Positions 61,824-64,000 of a stretch of 64,000 nucleotides of DNA are shown in pieces. How positions within the stretch are numbered: the first letter of the stretch is position 1; each line of letters opens with the position of its first letter. The position numbers and the translations under genes are program-made. Origin of the DNA: Rickettsiales bacterium (lineage in GTDB: Bacteria > Pseudomonadota > Alphaproteobacteria > Rickettsiales > SXRF01); contig JAWKXN010000001.1 in NCBI GenBank assembly GCA_041396965.1, positions 1,961,679 through 2,025,678 of the forward strand, in the 5' to 3' direction. A model generated the notes under the pieces. It saw only the letters and a program-made list of their open reading frames with translations. It did not search any database and was not told the DNA's origin.

Positions 61824-62945
61824 CTAATTAAAGTCTTGATAGCCCTTAATAGTGAGTCCGTAACCATCTAGACCAATAATAGAACGTTTAGAGTTAGAGA
61901 GCAATATCATATCACGCACCCCTAAATCCAGCAAGATCTGCGCTCCTATCCCATAATCCCTGAGTTCCACCGGACAATGTGGCTCTTCCCCAAGCCTTGC
62001 TCTTATTTTATCGGAAACCGCCGTACGTATTGGCTCACGAATAAGCACCACCACCCCACCATTCTCCCGCAAGCTTATATACTCCATAGATTTCCGCAAG
62101 CTACCAGAAGCACCACTGTGACTATCACCAAGCATATCCTGCAACAAATTAAGTGAATGCATCCGTACAATAGTTGGTTTTCCAGCGGATACATTCCCCT
62201 TCACCAGTGCTATATGCTCAGAATACTCGGTACTACTAGTATATATGACCATTCGCCAATCACTTCCATTTTCCCCGCCAAAATCACTGTGAAAATCACT
62301 TTCTATGACTCTTTGCACCAATTTTTCCGAACGTCTACGATATGAGATAAGGTCAGCGATGGTCGCTATTTTAAGATCGTGGTGGCGAGCGAACTCTATT
62401 AAATCCGGCATTCTCGCCATTGTCCCATCATCATTCATTATCTCGCAAATAACCCCCGATGAATTAAGACCAGCAAGCTGCGCTATATCAACCGCCGCTT
62501 CTGTATGCCCTGCCCGCACCAACACCCCACCATCACGGGCAACCAATGGAAAGACATGTCCAGGAGAGGCTATATCAGCAGCGTTTTTTGAAGGATCTAT
62601 CGCTACCTGAATGGTATGCGCCCGATCGGCGGCTGATATTCCGGTGGTAACGCCCTCCCTCGCCTCAATGGAAACCGTAAACGCTGTCTGGTGACGCGAA
62701 CCGTTATTCTGCGCCATCAAGTTAAGACCTAATTTTTTTACTCTTTCACTATTAAGCGCTAAACAAATAAGCCCTCGCCCGAATTTCGCCATAAAATTAA
62801 TAACAGACTGCGTGGCGAATTGCGCCGGTATTACCAGATCCCCTTCATTCTCTCTATCCTCATCATCAACCAGAATAAACATTTTGCCGTCACGAGCGTC
62901 GGCTATTATGTCTTCAATCGGTGATAAATATTTTGATTGTGGCAT
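61824..62945 (-). CDS. ribBA: Bifunctional 3,4-dihydroxy-2-butanone-4-phosphate synthase / GTP cyclohydrolase II-like protein
   Basis: DHBP synthase motifs (DDEDRENEGDL, RAGHTEA). Start moved to the ATG at 62945 (MPQSKYL...). Confidence 0.9.
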   Translation of the reverse strand: MPQSKYLSPIEDIIADARDGKMFILVDDEDRENEGDLVIPAQFATQSVINFMAKFGRGLICLALNSERVKKLGLNLMAQNNGSRHQTAFTVSIEAREGVTTGISAADRAHTIQVAIDPSKNAADIASPGHVFPLVARDGGVLVRAGHTEAAVDIAQLAGLNSSGVICEIMNDDGTMARMPDLIEFARHHDLKIATIADLISYRRRSEKLVQRVIESDFHSDFGGENGSDWRMVIYTSSTEYSEHIALVKGNVSAGKPTIVRMHSLNLLQDMLGDSHSGASGSLRKSMEYISLRENGGVVVLIREPIRTAVSDKIRARLGEEPHCPVELRDYGIGAQILLDLGVRDMILLSNSKRSIIGLDGYGLTIKGYQDFN

Positions 62946-62946
62946 A

Positions 62947-63531
62947 TTATTTCTCCAATAACCTCGCCACATAGCGAGCGAGCATATCTATTTCCATATT
63001 AAGTTCACCACCCTCTTCCTTGTAGCACAGAGTGGTGTTTTGCCAAGTATGAGGGATTATATTTACCTTAAACATATTACCATCCACATAATTCACGGTA
63101 AGCGAGATACCGTCCAGCGTGACCGAGCCTTTTTCCGCTATGAACCGCATCAAATCATGAGGAGCTGAGATAGTGACAATATGTGAGTCACCGAATTTCT
63201 CTATTTCCTCAATTACCGCCACACCATCCACATGGCCACTGACGATATGACCGTCCAGACTATCACCAACTCTAAGCGAACGCTCCAGATTCACCTGTTT
63301 TCCCGCCTGCCACTGACCACACGCTGTTCGTTCCACTGTCTCGGCTGAAAGCTCAACAGCAAAACCACCAGTAAGCACCTCCACAACCGTAAGGCACGCT
63401 CCATTGCAGGCTATGGAATCCCCTAGTTTAATGCTCTCAACAAGAAAACCACAGGCAATCTCCAGCCGCAAATCACCATTTTGCTCAGCTTTTACTATAT
63501 TTCCAACGTCACTTATTATTCCGGTAAACAT
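62947..63531 (-). CDS. ribE: Riboflavin synthase (alpha chain)
   Basis: MFTGII... start, with duplicated lumazine-binding repeats (NGACLTV / DGISLTV). Confidence 0.92.
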   Translation of the reverse strand: MFTGIISDVGNIVKAEQNGDLRLEIACGFLVESIKLGDSIACNGACLTVVEVLTGGFAVELSAETVERTACGQWQAGKQVNLERSLRVGDSLDGHIVSGHVDGVAVIEEIEKFGDSHIVTISAPHDLMRFIAEKGSVTLDGISLTVNYVDGNMFKVNIIPHTWQNTTLCYKEEGGELNMEIDMLARYVARLLEK

Positions 63532-64000
63532 TCCAAAATATCCAAACTGTCACTTCCAAGCTTAATATGCTCTATTTCCTTAAACTTTACAAGCGCGCTT
63601 AAAGGCTCCATTGCTGAAAGCCCACCATCACCAATAATTATCGGCGCGCGAAACCAATATACCACATCAACCATACCGCTTGCGAGAAAAGCTGTGCTGA
63701 GTTTCGCTCCCGCCTCTACCAATATACTGGTAATGCCACGCTCGGTAATCTCCGCTATAGCTTCCGGCAATTCACGGCTAATTACCCATGATTCTTTGCC
63801 ATCATTTAATAATTTAGCACTCTTAGGAACACGCTTACCTCTATCTAATATTACCCTAAGCGGCGAATGATGCTCAAGCCCTGCGAGGCGACAAGTAAGT
63901 AACGGATCATCAACGATTACCGTTCCACTTCCAGTTAAAATAGCGTCATATCGCGCGCGCAGTAAATGCCCATAGTCACGCGCCGCCTTGCCGGTTATCC
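63516..64000 (-). CDS. ribD: Riboflavin biosynthesis protein RibD, C-terminal reductase part; continues beyond the right window edge
   Basis: The frame is open to position 64000 and reads ..ITGKAARDYGHLLRARYDAILTGSGTVIVDDPLLTCR..VEAGAKL.., which is typical of the RibD reductase domain. Confidence 0.85.
   Translation of the reverse strand, partial: ITGKAARDYGHLLRARYDAILTGSGTVIVDDPLLTCRLAGLEHHSPLRVILDRGKRVPKSAKLLNDGKESWVISRELPEAIAEITERGITSILVEAGAKLSTAFLASGMVDVVYWFRAPIIIGDGGLSAMEPLSALVKFKEIEHIKLGSDSLDILECLPE

Overview
This 64-kb window looks like an AT-rich alphaproteobacterial chromosome. The RpoB N-terminus, an NDUFAF5-like methyltransferase beside comF, and a cvpA-purF operon point that way. 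A host-associated Rickettsiales- or Holosporales-like lineage is only a guess. Most of the window is housekeeping: cutA, murJ, purF-cvpA, radA, gmk, nth, the secE-nusG-rplKAJL-rpoBC block, two tRNAs, and a ribD-ribE-ribBA-ribH-nusB operon that runs off the right edge. TGA is a normal stop codon here. No transposase, integrase or CRISPR array is visible.

The non-routine content, in order of interest:
1. A small islet (about 56.3-60.7 kb) lies between tRNA-Arg/tRNA-Val and nusB. It holds a GIY-YIG pseudogene, an RDD membrane protein, a divergent QueC-like PP-loop ATPase, a 327-aa coiled-coil protein of unknown fold, and a 448-bp hairpin-dense spacer. This is my best candidate for an undescribed (possibly defence or modification) system.
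2. A 1083-aa phosphoenolpyruvate-carboxylase homologue has a degenerate glycine-rich catalytic loop.
3. metH is split at the pterin/cobalamin linker into two intact genes on opposite strands, 6.8 kb apart.
4. A CheY-like receiver and a pseudo-Hpt-like gene are inserted between nusG and rplK.
5. A 13-kb pseudaminic-acid-type glycan locus lacks a recognisable PseH. It carries two tandem formyltransferase-like genes, a PIG-L deacetylase and an SpsF-aldo/keto-reductase fusion.
6. A 43-nt repeat occurs twice, both times in convergent intergenic spacers, and there are several unusually hairpin-dense spacers.

All functional calls rest on motif recognition by eye. No database search was run.
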